Shown in pieces: positions 13,836 through 27,439 of a DNA stretch of 64,000 nucleotides. The notes below the pieces were generated by a model. It did no database searches, had not been told where the DNA came from, and saw only the letters and a list, made by a program, of their open reading frames with translations. Source of the DNA: Octopus sinensis (Eukaryota); assembly GCF_006345805.1 (NCBI RefSeq), contig NC_043007.1:37324001-37388000 (forward strand). Direction: 5' to 3'. Numbering within the stretch: position 1 is the first letter of the stretch; each line of letters starts with the position of its first letter. The position numbers and the translations under genes were made by a program.

Positions 13836-14530
13836 TAGCTTTTCCAGCCTTCTCAATATGATAAAGATATTTCAAATGAGAGGTGGTAACATTTACAAGT
13901 CATAAGTCTTATTGACAGTTGATTGTGTCTTGCTATTGACTTAACTATAAGTTAGAAATGAAGGAGTTAACAAGTACCAACCTTTCATTGTTCATTTTGT
14001 AACCTGGCTGCAAACGTGATCTTGTACCACTGTTTTTTATATTTTTAAAAGCTTATGGTGAAAACTAAACCTGTCTTTCTTATTCTTTTTGAACTGGAGT
14101 TACAAAGGAATATTTCTTTAAAAAAAAATACCAACAAAATGTCTTTTCAATTTAAAGACTAAGAACAACAAAAGATAAAGAAAGAAAGAAATTTTACAAA
14201 GCACAGTAAAAAATCAAAAAAAAAATCAATGGGTGGATGGGGTGGATGCAGCAGGCCAACTCAGTCCTTGCTGAGAGCATTGCTCTGTGGAATTGGGCAA
14301 CATAAGAAAATGCCAAGGGTTAATTACTGCTGATAGCTTGAGTGAACGGATGCACAAATGAATGGATGAAGTTAGTCTAGGAATAATTGTGGAATCGGAA
14401 GGAGCTGTTGGATTATAGCTATCTGATTGCAGTAGAGAAAGGAAGAAAAGAGAGGTGGATAAAAATAAAAAGCTGTTGAATCAATGTATAGTAGTGGTGT
14501 GGAAATTCTGTACACACGCATGTGTGTGCG

Positions 14531-14576
<46 letters not shown>

Positions 14577-15228
14577 CAGTATATTGACCCTTTTGACTGG
14601 TTTTATGATGCAAATTTTGTTTTAAAGTGATCTAAATAAAAACCTATCAAAATTTGATGTTTCTCTCCCAAAACCAGCTTAACGACAAAGCTATTTTATT
14701 AAATTCTTCTTATCTTCAAAATTAAGTGAAATAAAGGCATTGGATGTGTATTGTTAGCTTGTATGAAAGACAGGACACGAGTAAATGAGGAGAGCGTCTT
14801 GGTATTAAAGACATTTAGTTTGAAGTATCCAAGTGAGTTAATTGTGATAAGAGTAGATTGTTTGAACAAGAGGTAGGCAGTGTCCATATTACCCCTTTAC
14901 AGGGTCTCTGATACTAGCGGGAAGAAGGATAGAAGGTACCCTGAAACAAACACGAGAAAAAGACTATATATTACTCTTTTACTGGTTTCAGTCATTTGAT
15001 TGTGGCCACGCTGGAGCACTGCCTTTCAGTCAAGCAAACCAACCCCAGGACTTATTCTTTGGAAGCCTAATACTTATTCTAGCGGGCTGTTTCGCTGAAC
15101 CGCTAAGTTACGGGGACGTAAACACACCAGCATCGGTTGTCAAGCGATATTGGTGGGGACAAACACAGACACACAAACATACACACACACACGTACATAT
15201 ATATACACACATATATATATATATATAT

Positions 15229-15695
15229 GGGACACAAAACTCTTGGGACACAAAACTCTACTTGTGAAGACGTGTTGAGGCAAGTGAGGATCAGAATCGA
15301 AATCGATCAATGGAAATCGATCAATGGAAATTGCAGATGTGTTACCAGTGCCGGTGGCATGTAAGAGAACTTTCCGTTTCGCGACCGTTGCCAGCACCGC
15401 CCCGTTTCGTGTCCGTTGCCAGCCTCGCCTGGCCCTCGTGCCGGTGGCACATAAAAAGCACCATCCGTTCGTGGCCGTTTGCCAGCTCTGTCTGGCACCA
15501 GTGCGGGTGGCATGTAAAAAGCACCCACTACACTCACGAAGTGGTTGGCGTTAGGAAGGGCATCCAGCCGTAGAAACACTGCCAGATTTGACTGGGCCTG
15601 ATGAAGCCTTCTGGCTTCACAGACCCCAGTAGAACCGTCCAACCCATGCTAGCATGGAAAACGGACGCTAAACGATGATGATGATGATGATGATA
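15229..15695 (+). mobile_element. RTE-tail element adjoining the internal (TA)n of a SINE
   Basis: GTAAAAAGCACC repeat units, GGTTGGCGTTAGGAAGGGCATCC, and a (GAT)n end. Confidence 0.85.
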
Positions 15696-15999
15696 TATAA
15701 TTCTTTTATCTGTTTCAGTCATTGCACTGCAGCCATGCTGGGCATCATCTTAGAGTTTAGTTTATAAAGTCAGCCCTAGTATTTATTCTTATGTCTGGCA
15801 CATAATATGTACACGTGTAGTGTATGTGTGCACATACACATGACTATACACGTCTACATGTGCACACATATTTTAACCACTTTACGGGCATCACCCCCAC
15901 CTCCCAGTAATTATAAAGGTTGAATGTTTTTCTTTTGAGTGATTTTCTTTTTATGGCTGGATAGACATTCTTACTGTTAATCACTGAACCATGATATAG

Positions 16000-16435
16000 G
16001 AACACAACCTATTTGTTATTTCTTTATTGCCCACAAGGGTCTAAACATAAAGGGGACAAACAAGGACAGACAAAGGGATTAAATCGATTACATCGCCCCA
16101 GTGCATAACTTGTACTTAATTTATCGACCCCGAAAGTATGAAAGGCAAAGTTGACCATGGCAGAATTTGAACTCAGAACATAACGGTAGATGAAATACCT
16201 ATTTCTTTACTACCCACATGGGGCTAAACACAGAGGGGACAAACAAGGATAGACAAAGGGATTAAGTCGATTATATCGACCCCAGTGCGTAACTGGTACT
16301 TAACTTATCAACCCTGAAAGGATGAAAGGCAAAGTCGAACTCGGGGGAATTTGAACTCAGAACGTAACGACAGACGAAATACCACAAAGCATTTCGCCTG
16401 GCGCGCTAATGTTTCTGCCAACTCGCCGCCTTTGG
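16000..16435 (-). mobile_element. Dimeric tRNA-derived SINE with a Meta/Sauria-like domain
   Basis: Two head-to-tail units containing GTCGACTTTGCCTTTCATCCTTTC.GGGT on the minus strand. A single full head (GGCGGCGAGTTGGCAGAAAC) is at the right end. Confidence 0.8.
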
Positions 16436-19400
16436 AACACAACCTATTTGTTGTCCAACAGTATGCTATAATTTGATCTTGGCCAGTAGTCCAGCACTGT
16501 AACAGCATAACCGTTTTTCCTTTATTTGTGAGTTTAATCCAGTCCATATCATGGTTTTGCATGGGAAGCAGCTGTAAGGATTGAGAATATCCGCTGACTG
16601 AGAGCATCAGTATGATATCTATATGAAACTGGCATGGATGTACTGTAACAACTTGGGATTCATGGGTCCACAACTATTCAACATTCTGCTGATCAACCTC
16701 AGAGATTTGTGAGGTGTAGACGTGTAGGTCTTCAAAGAGTGTCTGGACAAATTTTTATCTGAGCACTCTGCGAGGTTGTTGACTTTAGGAAGGGCTTCCA
16801 GCTGTAAAAACCATACCAAAATAGACACAAAAGTATGGTGCAGTCTTCTGCCTAGCCAACTCTTGTGAAACTGTCCAATCTATGCTAGCATGGAAGGATG
16901 ATGATGATACCAGATGAACCCACATTGTGACAGGAGGCACAAAGACGAGCAGCTTCACCCAACTCATTGCTTCAACAGAAGCAGTAAAGAAACCCAAACA
17001 CACTGAAAGGCAGTGCTCCAGCATGGCCTCATCCTCTTGCAAAAACCAGTAAAAGGTAAAAATGTGCCCACACATAGTGGACTCTGCACACTTTATTGTA
17101 AGTGTTCACTGGGCACTTCAGTGCATAATCTTAAAACTTTGAGGATACCCTTTGTATGCATACACGTGTGTGTACGCACATGCGGACACATATACACTCT
17201 AAGTTGTGTTAAGAGAACATATATTTGGTCAGCTAGAAGCCAAATCTCTCAAAGGTTCTATCCTTACCTATCATTATAAAGGAAGGGCATGAGATGATAC
17301 ACTTCTAGATACACTATGCCTGGAAAACAAAATGTAACAGTCATGGTTATAACGCTAACAATAACTCTTTTACTTGCTTCAGTCATTTGACTGTGGCCAT
17401 GCTGGAGCACCGCCTTTAATCAAGCAAATCGACCCCAGGACTTATTCTTTGTAAGCTTATTACTTATTCTATCGGTTCTCTTTTGCTGAACTGCTAAGTT
17501 ACGGGGACGTAAACACACCAGCATCAGTTGTCAAGCGATGTTGAGGGGACAAACATAGACACACATATACAATGGGCTTCTTTCAGTTTCCATCTTCCAA
17601 ATCCACTCACAAGGCTTTGGTCGGCCTGAGGCTATAGTAGAAGACACTTGCTCTAGGTGCCATGCAGTGGGACTGAACCCGGGACCATGTGGTTCGTAAG
17701 CAAGCTACTTGCCACACAGCCTCTCAGTGAATTGATGAGACAAACAGTGACCTGTGGATTATGCTTTCCTGTTCAATGGACTTTTAACTACATAACATTT
17801 GTCTATTTGATCATAACTGGCACAAGGACTATGTAAGACACACACACACACACACATGTACTTGTGTAGAAGTGAAACATTTAAGTATTCTAGTTATTCA
17901 ACTATTTATGGGGTTTGTGAGTTCAGATCCTCCTCTGGCATTTTGTTGAGTTTCTGGAACAGAACATGGTATTCTGCATTGCTTCAGTTCAGCTCACTAT
18001 CAAGGGCAACTGTGATTAAAGATTGCCTATGGCGCCTTATGTGGCCCACAGTTTTTGGTATGTTAGACTCAGGGCAGCCACCATGAGTCAGGCATCTTTA
18101 TTGATTGCTTCTTTTCAAACAATAATAGAAAGATTTGGCAGTACTTTGAGTGAGTGAGCAGATCTTTCGAAGGATAGCATAGTTCATCTCTTAATTAGTA
18201 AGGTTATTTGTGGGCTTCTATGGTAACAGCCAAGAAATTTGCAACTTTTGAAGAAGTGGTCATACTTGGACATGGGTTAACATACTATATGCATATGATG
18301 ATGTACTGTATTTATATAGGAAAGACAGAGAGAAAGAGAGATGATATATGCATGTGTGTAAATCCCTTACAAAAGATGCTAAATAACCATTGATACTAGA
18401 TTAGGTTCATACACTTTCTTGATTGGTATCATGTTTTTTTTTTCTCTGTTGGGTTTCTAGCAATCCTGCTGAGAAACCAGTTTATTTTACCAACAATCTG
18501 ACCATGGTAACATGTAGTCCAGTACAATCTGTTGCATGGTCAGATCAACAGGTTGTACTGGACTACATGTTACCTACACATATATGTACATGTAAAAAGT
18601 ACACAGTACATTCTGTAAAGTGGTTGGCATTAGGAAGGGCATCTAGCTGTAGAAGCCATACCAAAGCAGACAATTGGAGCCTGGGCTGCTCTCCAGCTTG
18701 CCACCATGGAAAACTAACATTAAATGAGGATACATATACCTTAACATATGTGTATAGATACACATAAATGGTATTAATAGGTACTCACATGATTAATTAG
18801 CTTACGTAGCAACCATGTGGTTTCAGATTTGATCCCACTGCATGGCACCTTGGGCAAGAGTCTTATTGACCCCAGTTGAGCTATGCCTTATGAATGAAAT
18901 TTGGTAGATGGATATGATATGGAAGCCCTTTGTGTATGTGTATTTATTTGTGTGTGACTTTAGTGTTACTGCTTACAGTTGATATCTAAGTCTGGCAGCT
19001 TGTTGGTTTGATGTATGAAATACTTTGCATGGAAACAAGAAGGCCATCTTAAGACGTTGCACCCAACCTAAGCTAGCATGGAAAAGGCAAACCTGAAACA
19101 ATGACAACACACATACTTGTTTACACACACACACACACACATACTCATATATTGCATGAATGCACATGCATCTGAGAGATTAGAGGAGAGAAAAACTTCT
19201 GTTGGGATATTTTCACTTCAATTACTTCCCTTGTATTTGTTACATTGCATGATAAGGATGGCCTCCATAATTTTGACTTGCTCTGCATAAATACAAAATC
19301 TTTTTGGTCATCATTCAATGACCCATTAAGATTTATAGATTACTTTTCTTTGTATGTTTATTGCAATGTTGCTGAAATTTTCACTTCATATAAACATGGT

Positions 19401-19523
19401 TCCTTAGTTATCATTACTCCACCAGATCCTTCTATTGCCAGTTTTAGTCTGTATCTCAGTACTTCACTCTGTCTATAAATCATAATACCATATCTGATTT
19501 AATCTATCTCTCAGTAATTCATT

Positions 19524-19931
19524 GTATCTTTTCGGTTTGAACGGCAGTTTTTTTCTAGCGGTGTCATATGAAATTGTCACCCATAATTATGACCCTAGTA
19601 TCGATCTATTGCATTTCAATCTATTTTAGGGTTAGGGTTAGGGGTATCTTTTTTTCTTCCCAAATGTAAATAAACCCAATCTGTTTCTTAAATGAGGGAC
19701 ATATTCATACGGAACAGAATGTTTTTTTACCTCAATAGACGTCAGTGATTTGTTGAAATTGCAGAAATTGAAGGAAAAAAACAACAAATATCTTTACAAA
19801 CTATAGAATTTTCTCAATAAAGCCAAGAGAAAAAGATGTTTTATAAACACATTCTACCAGTATAAGAAGTTTAAAATTTTTTAGTTACCTAGAAATTATG
19901 TTAAAAACTGCCGTTCAAACCGAAAAAATCT
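19524..19931. mobile_element. ~410-bp MITE, copy 1
   Basis: TIR TCTTTTCGGTTTGAACGGCAGTTTTT...AAAAACTGCCGTTCAAACCGAAAA; internal TTAGGGTTAGGGTTAGGG. Homologous to 28544-28954. Confidence 0.85.
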
Positions 19932-22139
19932 GTAATTCATTGTATCTGTGACTCCTGATCTAGTGTCTGACAAGCCATAGTTTGTGACCCAGTATTAAAT
20001 CTAGTTTATATATATTAGTGCGTCACTGTATCTGGGACGCCTGATCCAGTAATTTGATGTAGACTGTATCTCACCACCCCACTCTACTTGTGCATAATAA
20101 ACCTATGTTTGATCCAGTGTATACCATAATACCTCATCCATTCTGTTCCTGAATACCTCACTGTGTCTAAGAGTCTTGATCCAGGATGTAATTCTACCTA
20201 TACTTCAGTACTTCATAATTCTCTGCACCAGACTGCTATCTAATCTATCTATCAGTACCTCAGTATGAAGAAAGATGAGGTACTGAGATGCAGAGTACTG
20301 TGAGCTAGTATTCGATTCCAGTTGCCATGATACTTATACCACTTTCATAAGATTAGGAGGAGGAGGAGTGAACGGGAGGAAATTATGGTGATGAGGAGAG
20401 GGGGAGAGAGAGAGAAAGAGAGATTTCTATTGGCTGTAGAATTCTGCCATATTAGAGATCATTTACAATTACTGGTGAAGTTGACCTTAAGTGGACACCA
20501 AATGCTAGAAATACTTTCTAAATAAGGAATAAATATGCTCTGTGGTATACTCTTTTTACAGTTTCAACCATTCAGCTGTGGCCATGCTGGGACATTAATA
20601 AGTTATATAATTTTTTTCACCACACACACACACACACGCACGCACACTTCATCTACATCTAATCTATCTTTATCCATCTTAGTTCTTTCTTCATTCATTA
20701 TCTGTAAGCACCCACTCCTTGCCATCTCCATCACCAAAAACAAAAGGAGGATGATAGGTGTTAGTGGGTGGTTTGGGGTGGAGAAGAGAAAAATTCGATG
20801 ATTTAATAAGATACGAATCTGAAACTAGGCCATTGATTCATTCATTGTAGCTGAGTGTGGAACTTTCACAATCTTCATGCATATGGGTGGTTGTTGTTTG
20901 TGTGTATGTATGTATATATATGTTAATGTGTGTGTATGTGTGTACTCGCAAGCACACACATACAGTATGTGTATATCTTACGTTTTATAGAAATAGTTAT
21001 ACGTCCTCCTATACCCTCCACCCTAACTTACTATATCATATAGAATATAAAATACTTTCCACATCAACAGTGCTCAAGACAACTTATTGATTTGAAAATC
21101 TACTGCAATGGGCTGTTGTTGTTGTTGTTTCATATTTTATTATATTGTATTAGGCTGTAGAGCACCAGACTAAATGCTTTACAGTTTTCAGTTTTGTTAA
21201 TTTATGCTTTCAGTTGAAATCCTGATGGTAATGGAGTGGGAGCGGGGTTATTTGACTTAGTCTACTAGTCTTTGATCTCTCGGGGTGGGGGTGGGGGGAA
21301 CATCTGTCATTTTATGTCTGTTTTTAATGCTAGCATGGGTTGGAGGTGCTATGGAATAAGTACTGCTCATGTACTGAGGGACAACTGCTCTTATCTCCAG
21401 AAAGTCATCATTGTCATAGTTAATTAGCATTCGCCTTCCATTATGGCATGAGACGGACACTTTGCTAGGACTCCATTGAGCTCCAGTGTCTGCTTTGGCA
21501 CAGTTTCCATGGCTGGTTGCCTTTCCTCATGCCAACAACTATACAGTGCGTACTGACTGCTTTTTTCTTGTCCTGACATTGGTACTAGTGAGATCACTAA
21601 GCAAGCTGTAAGACAGAGAAGAAAAACCCTCAATGAAATGGGATTGTAGTAGACAGGGAGGTGGTTTTATGCCAGGTGGAGAATGATTAAAATATGATAG
21701 AGGATCAGGTACATGCGTCTCCTTTGTAGAGGGGATACAGGCTACCCTATGTGTTGATCTATTTATAAATTGTTTTTTTAGTGTTTAAACTGAAGTTGGC
21801 TCTGATTTAGTAGACCTCTGTTCAAGGGTTTTCAGTCAGAACTGTTCCATCTCTTTCTTTCTTTTTTTTTTTTGCTAGGAATAGTCTTTCTTCACTTCAT
21901 CATCCAGCATCTTTTTTTTTTTTTTCTGTGTGATTTGAGAAAGATTTAGCTTACATCTTTAACAAGTTTGGCAACAATGTCGAGATATGGCTGGATTTTA
22001 GGGAAATTACTTTCAGCCGGTCTGAACACTAAAGGGTTAAAGACAGGAGAGAAAACCTTTCTCGCCTTTATTCAAGTAAAAATACCATGAAGTTTTTTCC
22101 CGACATTTGAAGAGAAGTATATATATCTTAGTTTTTAAT

Positions 22140-22630
22140 GATATAGTGTCAGCAAGTAGCAATTCTGACTTGGATGATTTTTACTCTTGATGTTGTGCAA
22201 AATATAAACAAAAACAACAGGGATTTGTCTTTGGACAAATCTGATATTGATGCTTATGAATCTTCGTTGGACAAGGAAGATTTTGATAATGAAAATGATA
22301 AACATTACGGCAACATGGTTGAAGATTACTACATCAACCACAATTCCTGATTTCACTGAAAACACTAGTCAACAACACAGTCTACATCCTGATGCTCAAC
22401 TATTGGACTGTTTATTTTTATTTTTACTGAAAAGCTTTTTGAAACTGTTGTGGAGGAAATAAATAAATATGCTTAATGCATAATTTCTATTCGTGGAAGA
22501 CCCGATCCACTATGGCAGCCAACCGCTACTGCAGAAATGCTAGCTTTTTTTACTATAAACATTATATTTGATATAAAACAGCTTTCTCGATTGTAGAACT
22601 ACTGGGATCCTGATATAAGGCATGGTGGTC
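22140..22630 (+). pseudogene. piggyBac transposase fragment (stops and frameshift)
   Basis: Acidic N-terminus, then FTEKLFETVVEEINKYA*...DPLWQPTATAEMLAFFTINIIFDIKQLSRL*NYWDPDIRHGGPYISSI. This resembles the PGBD-type F..E..ETN.YA / W.P.T..EM.AF / YWS.D motifs. Confidence 0.75.
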
Positions 22631-22999
22631 CATATATCTCCAGCATATAGTTAATTAATATATTGTTTATACAAAAAGCCACAAGGTACCTTTGCTACCA
22701 AAGGATTATGACCATTTGAAATTTCAGGCTGACACTGCATCTCAGGAGCTTATACTTCAGAGGTCATTGAGGCACACAAGCCACCATATGGCAGCAATGA
22801 CTGAACTTTGTGGTGGAATCATCCTGCCACCACCTTTAGAATTATTAGCCTTGTGCCTAAAATTAGAAATAGTTATTATTATAAAGAAATTATTATTTCC
22901 AAAGTTAAAACCCTCAATTACCGAACAATAGTATGCTATCGATTTTAATTATAGTTACTCTTTGAAGCCTCCCTTCCACCACACCCAACACACAAAATC

Positions 23000-23042
<43 letters not shown>

Positions 23043-23405
23043 ATGCCTCACTTTACAAGGACACGCTTTATAAGATTACAGGTTTATGAGCTTTTATGGG
23101 TTTTATTTTCTGTTTTCAAGTTTTCGCTTTACAAGCAGTCTCTGGGAATAAATTAACTTGTATATCAAGGCATTACTGTACATAGACATTCATTTTGAAT
23201 TGATTGTTGCATTTTATATAAATTTTTTATGGTGACAACAACAATAGTGGTGGTTGGATGTATTTTTTCCTAATTATAAAAAAAAGAAAACAAAGAATAA
23301 GTGGGCCAATACTGAAACTAAATCACAGTAATGAAATTAGTATTAAATGAAGTTGGTATGTTAGGTTGAATCAGTTTCTCTGCTTCATTAATTAGTGTAT
23401 ATATG

Positions 23406-23442
<37 letters not shown>

Positions 23443-23515
23443 ATAAAATGTAACAATGTTTTATATACACAACTTGGACATAAAAACAAACATTTTATAT
23501 GTATGTATGCATGTC

Positions 23516-23916
23516 ATTACTCAGTTTTATTTCAAGATTTCTTGCCAATAGAGAAAGAGCCAGTTTCTAATAGATCCAAAGCTTCTTCAGTGGAATTTCA
23601 ACATCAACAACAGGGTATTTTTGTATGCATACATGTATGTATGTGTATGTGCAGATTTGTAATTTTTGTTTATGTATGCCTTCTCATGCATATATTTGCA
23701 TATCTAGATATGCTCATATATATACTTAAATGATAAGCTTCTGGAAAGTTTTGTAGATTTTTACAGTTCCATTGATGGGTTGTTTCTGTAGTCTCCAAAT
23801 CAGCTTTCTTCTTTCTGGTTTTGAGAAGCCTAATTTCTCAAGATTGATATTTAGGCAGTGTGTTAAATATCCCAATGACCCAATACTTACAGGTATAAAC
23901 CTGAACTTGTAATTTG
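23516..23916 (-). mobile_element. 5'-truncated RLE-type (R4/Dong/NeSL-like) non-LTR retrotransposon 3' end
   Basis: Open frame 23899-23726: FIPVSIGSLGYLTHCLNINLEKLGFSKPERRKLIWRLQKQPINGTVKIYKTFQKLII*. This resembles the IPVVIGALG...G...I C-terminus of RLE elements. The 3' UTR has AATAAA near its end, and there is (TATG)n on both sides. Confidence 0.7.
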
Positions 23917-24549
23917 TATGTATGTATGTATGTTTATGTATGTATTAAAGCTTGTCTAATCTAGCCTTGGATTTAAATACTTAACATTCTTTTCTCACAT
24001 AGTAGTCTATCCAAGTGATTTTGGTATATGTCATCCTTGGAAGGATCTGACCTATTATTGTTGTTGCTTATTCCTGTATAAATCACTGCACTTCATGTTG
24101 GTCTTGTTTGTCTCTTCTATTATGCTGTTATTGTTTTTGTTACTCCACTTTCATATTTTTATTTTCATATCTGAAAAGCAAAAATAATTTCTTGATGCCA
24201 CAGTTATATCATGAATTTTCAAATCCTGAATATTCTCTCATAAATTCTTGATTTACCATTGTTACAATAAATTGGTAATTCTACATTTATATCATAAATT
24301 CTGCAATTCTCAATGTTATATAAGTTTTCCATTTTCCTATGTATTAGATATCCTTGATTATCAAATGTTTCATAAAGTTGGTGACCTCAATATTATATCA
24401 CAAATTGATGATTCCCCCAATGTTATATCAAAAATTAGTGCCCTCACCAATGTTATTATCACATTCTTGATACCAATGTTTTCACATTCTTGACACAACG
24501 AAATGCCATAAATTTTTGAAACTCACTGTTACATCTTAAATTCTTGGCA

Positions 24550-24661
24550 CTTGATGTTACATCATAATTTCTTGATACTTGATGTTACACCATAGTTTCC
24601 TCATACTCAATATTACACCATAGTTTCCTCATATTCAATGTTACATCATAATTTCTTGAAA
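24550..24661. repeat. 28-bp minisatellite, 4 clear units with degenerate flanks (~24190-24720)
   Basis: Units start at 24550, 24578, 24606 and 24634 (CTTGATGTTACAYCATARTTTCYTSATA-like). Confidence 0.8.
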
Positions 24662-25859
24662 AACTCAAGTGTTATGTTGTAAACTCTTGTTGCTTGATGT
24701 TATAAAAATTGTGCAAAATGAAACCTCAAATTGTTTGATAATTAGACCAAAAATTGTCTAAATTTTTTACCAGCAGATATTTAGATATGAGTTCAAGTGC
24801 TTGGCTGAGGTTAAGTGGAACATAGACTTGAAAATGAGGTTGAGAAACACTTCTAAAAAAACAGTTCTTTCAAAAGTTACAAGAAATTTTTCTCTCTTTG
24901 TGTGTATTTGATATATACATATGGTGGTGTGTACATGAGTGTGTGTATCAGTTTTTGTATGAACCAACAAAAGAGCCTGTACATCAGCACCTCCTAAAGT
25001 GGGTACTACTTCCTCCTTGGCAGTGCTGAAAGGTAAGGAGACAATAGGGAGCATTGGAAAGAAAATAATGTTGAAAAGATGAAGGGACAAAGAATGCAAA
25101 TTAGTATTTTCTTGTGAAACTGTCTCTTCCATGTTGTCCTTGGCAGCATTTGGAGTTATATAAAGAATTATTATACACATATCTATAACAATGTTATTTT
25201 ATAGTTATAATCTTGACTTGACCAAAGAAAAAATATTGGCAATATGACATTAAATATTCAAGATATAGCTTTACTCCATTACCAAGCTTATTACCAATGT
25301 GCTTGATTTGCCAAGAAAGTGTTTTCCAGTGAATCTGTGAAACCTTCAGGATTTGAAGACTATTTGGGGTGGGGGTGGGGGTGGGGAGAAATTCAAGCCG
25401 ATAAGACAAAGATTTGTTTTAAAGCAGTTTGTAACCAGTTTTGTAGACCACTGGTGTTTAGTACATTTTCATCTTCATCAATGCAAGAACATGATGGGTT
25501 AAGAAACTCTTCTAAAATTTCAATTCTGATTGCCAAATCAAGCAAGCTACATGATATTGGCAAACAATCAGCCGTTAGTAAAGTTCTTTGTATCATGTTG
25601 TATTAGACTGAAATGCAGTCTCTTGTCTTGGTGACCTCACTGGTGCTGTTATTGGAGCCTGTAAAAAGCTGCCAGTACTCCCTGTTAAGTGGTTGGTGTT
25701 AGGAAGGGCATCAAGCTGTAGAAACTATGCCAAAGTAGACATTGAGCTGTCCAACCCATGCCAGCATAGAAAAGAGGACATTAAGTGATATTCATGAGCA
25801 TTAATACAACAATGGATTGATGAAATGGGCAAGGGTTTAGAAGGCAGGTTATGCAGTCA

Positions 25860-27230
25860 ACATTAACATTGAATAAGGCTTTACTACAGCTTACATTCAG
25901 TTTATAAAAGAGAAAATAACTTTGTGTTATTTGCCAGATGTTTGGCAGCAGATACTAAGAGATAAAGAAAAGATTTCTCTTATAAAATGTAGTGATAGCT
26001 GCAATTTCTGGAGCTCCATTGATCAGGACTGCTATCATAGATTCATTGGATACTAAGAAAAAGTCAGTGTTGAATGCATCGGTGGTGCATTGTGCAATCC
26101 ATTTGCGACATTTAGTTGCAGAAAATTTAGTGATCACTTGCTTTGATCATTGTAGTCACTGCAACAATTAACAAAATCAAAAACAGTCCTCTGTGACAGA
26201 TTTTTTGAACAGTCTGCAAACAAAACAAAAAAAAATTTGACCCCTTTCAAAAACTATAGCTTGAAATGCATTGCCTTTTGCTCAGTTAATTTTGAAAATT
26301 ATGAAGAATTTAGTAAAGTACCTTTCTCATTTATTGATCTGGTGTTTGGAACATAAATTAACATGAAATTTTGATGGGCAATTTTTATTTAAATCACTTT
26401 AAAATGTGCTGTTTTTATCATAGGACCAGGCATGGTCTGAAGGGTTTTGATATCAAAAGGGTTAATTAGTTGTTATTTCTTATATAAATTTTGCTGGTTG
26501 TCACAGGGAACATGTTTGAACTGCTTTTATAGATTTTTGGAGAAACTTTAAGAATTCTTTGAAGACAGAAAAGTTTTCCTTTAAGATAACTTGAAATTTC
26601 ATAAACTTACATGTCAGATTTATATTTCAAGTTTAATGAAATGAATCTGCAACTGGAAGATGAATTAAATTTAACTTAAATGAAGGCTTTGCTACAATGC
26701 TTATTCTTGTCAAATACAACTTAGGATGTGAAGAATTTTACCAATTTCAAAGCATTTCTGCACATGTAACATAAATGTATGATGATGTTGAGGTCTGCTA
26801 TCATCATTTGGAATAGTGAAAATCTTTTTGCTATGAAGATTCCAGAATGGGTCTTAGATCCTTTAAATATTGAAGAAACTGAAATGAATTTACCAGAATT
26901 GAATTGGCAACCAATGAAGAGTTGAATCGCAATTCCAAGAACGAGTGCCATCATTACTGGTTGCAGCACCAAATTATAAATCTTGGTCCTGGCTTGTGTG
27001 CTATTGCGAAAAGTTCCTAATTGCATTTCCATCATCATATTTAGTTGAATGTGAATTTAGTGCCATTAGCCATTATGAAACTTTCAATGAAAAAGAGAAA
27101 CCGATAAATAATTGAATAATAATTGATTTAAGGATGCTGCTTCCTAAATATTGAGCAGAGTGTGGGAAAAGTAATTTCATCACATCGAGTCTATCCTTCG
27201 AGTAATTTTAGATAGTTATATTCAATAAAT
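25860..27230 (+). pseudogene. hAT (Buster/Charlie-like) transposase fossil interrupted by a MITE
   Basis: Fragments GAP...CYHRFIGY, VHCAIHLRHLVA, KIPEWVLDP and FLIAFPSSYLVECEFSA, with many stops and frameshifts. Confidence 0.8.
26238..26465. mobile_element. piggyBac-type MITE (second family) nested in the hAT fossil; related pieces at 8581-8741, 14583-14750 and 56400-56470
   Basis: Ends TTGACCCCTTTC...AAAAGGGTTAA. Shares internal GAATTTAGTAAA and GGAACATAAATT with 8581-8741. Confidence 0.55.
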
Positions 27231-27439
27231 TTGTTTTTTACCCAGTAATTTCAGATATATTCAATAAATTCATTGGTTTTACATTTACTTTTCCATGCTT
27301 TCATGGGTTACACAAGGCATTGTCTTACAGTTGGATGCCCTTCTTTTTGCTAACTTTCTTTTTTCATGTAAGGGGTTTCTCTTATTCCACATAACTTTGA
27401 AGGTGCAAAGCAAACAGATGATTTGTTGACAGATGAACT

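Noticed and set aside
19626-19645. TTAGGG run as an interstitial telomere or fusion scar
   Set aside because: It has only three units and lies inside a MITE whose second copy has the same feature.
20425-20500. ATTGG, CCATATTAGA and TGACCT motif cluster after a GA repeat (possible regulatory element)
   Set aside because: Short motifs, one mismatched to CArG, are expected by chance in 64 kb. No conservation or chromatin data are available.
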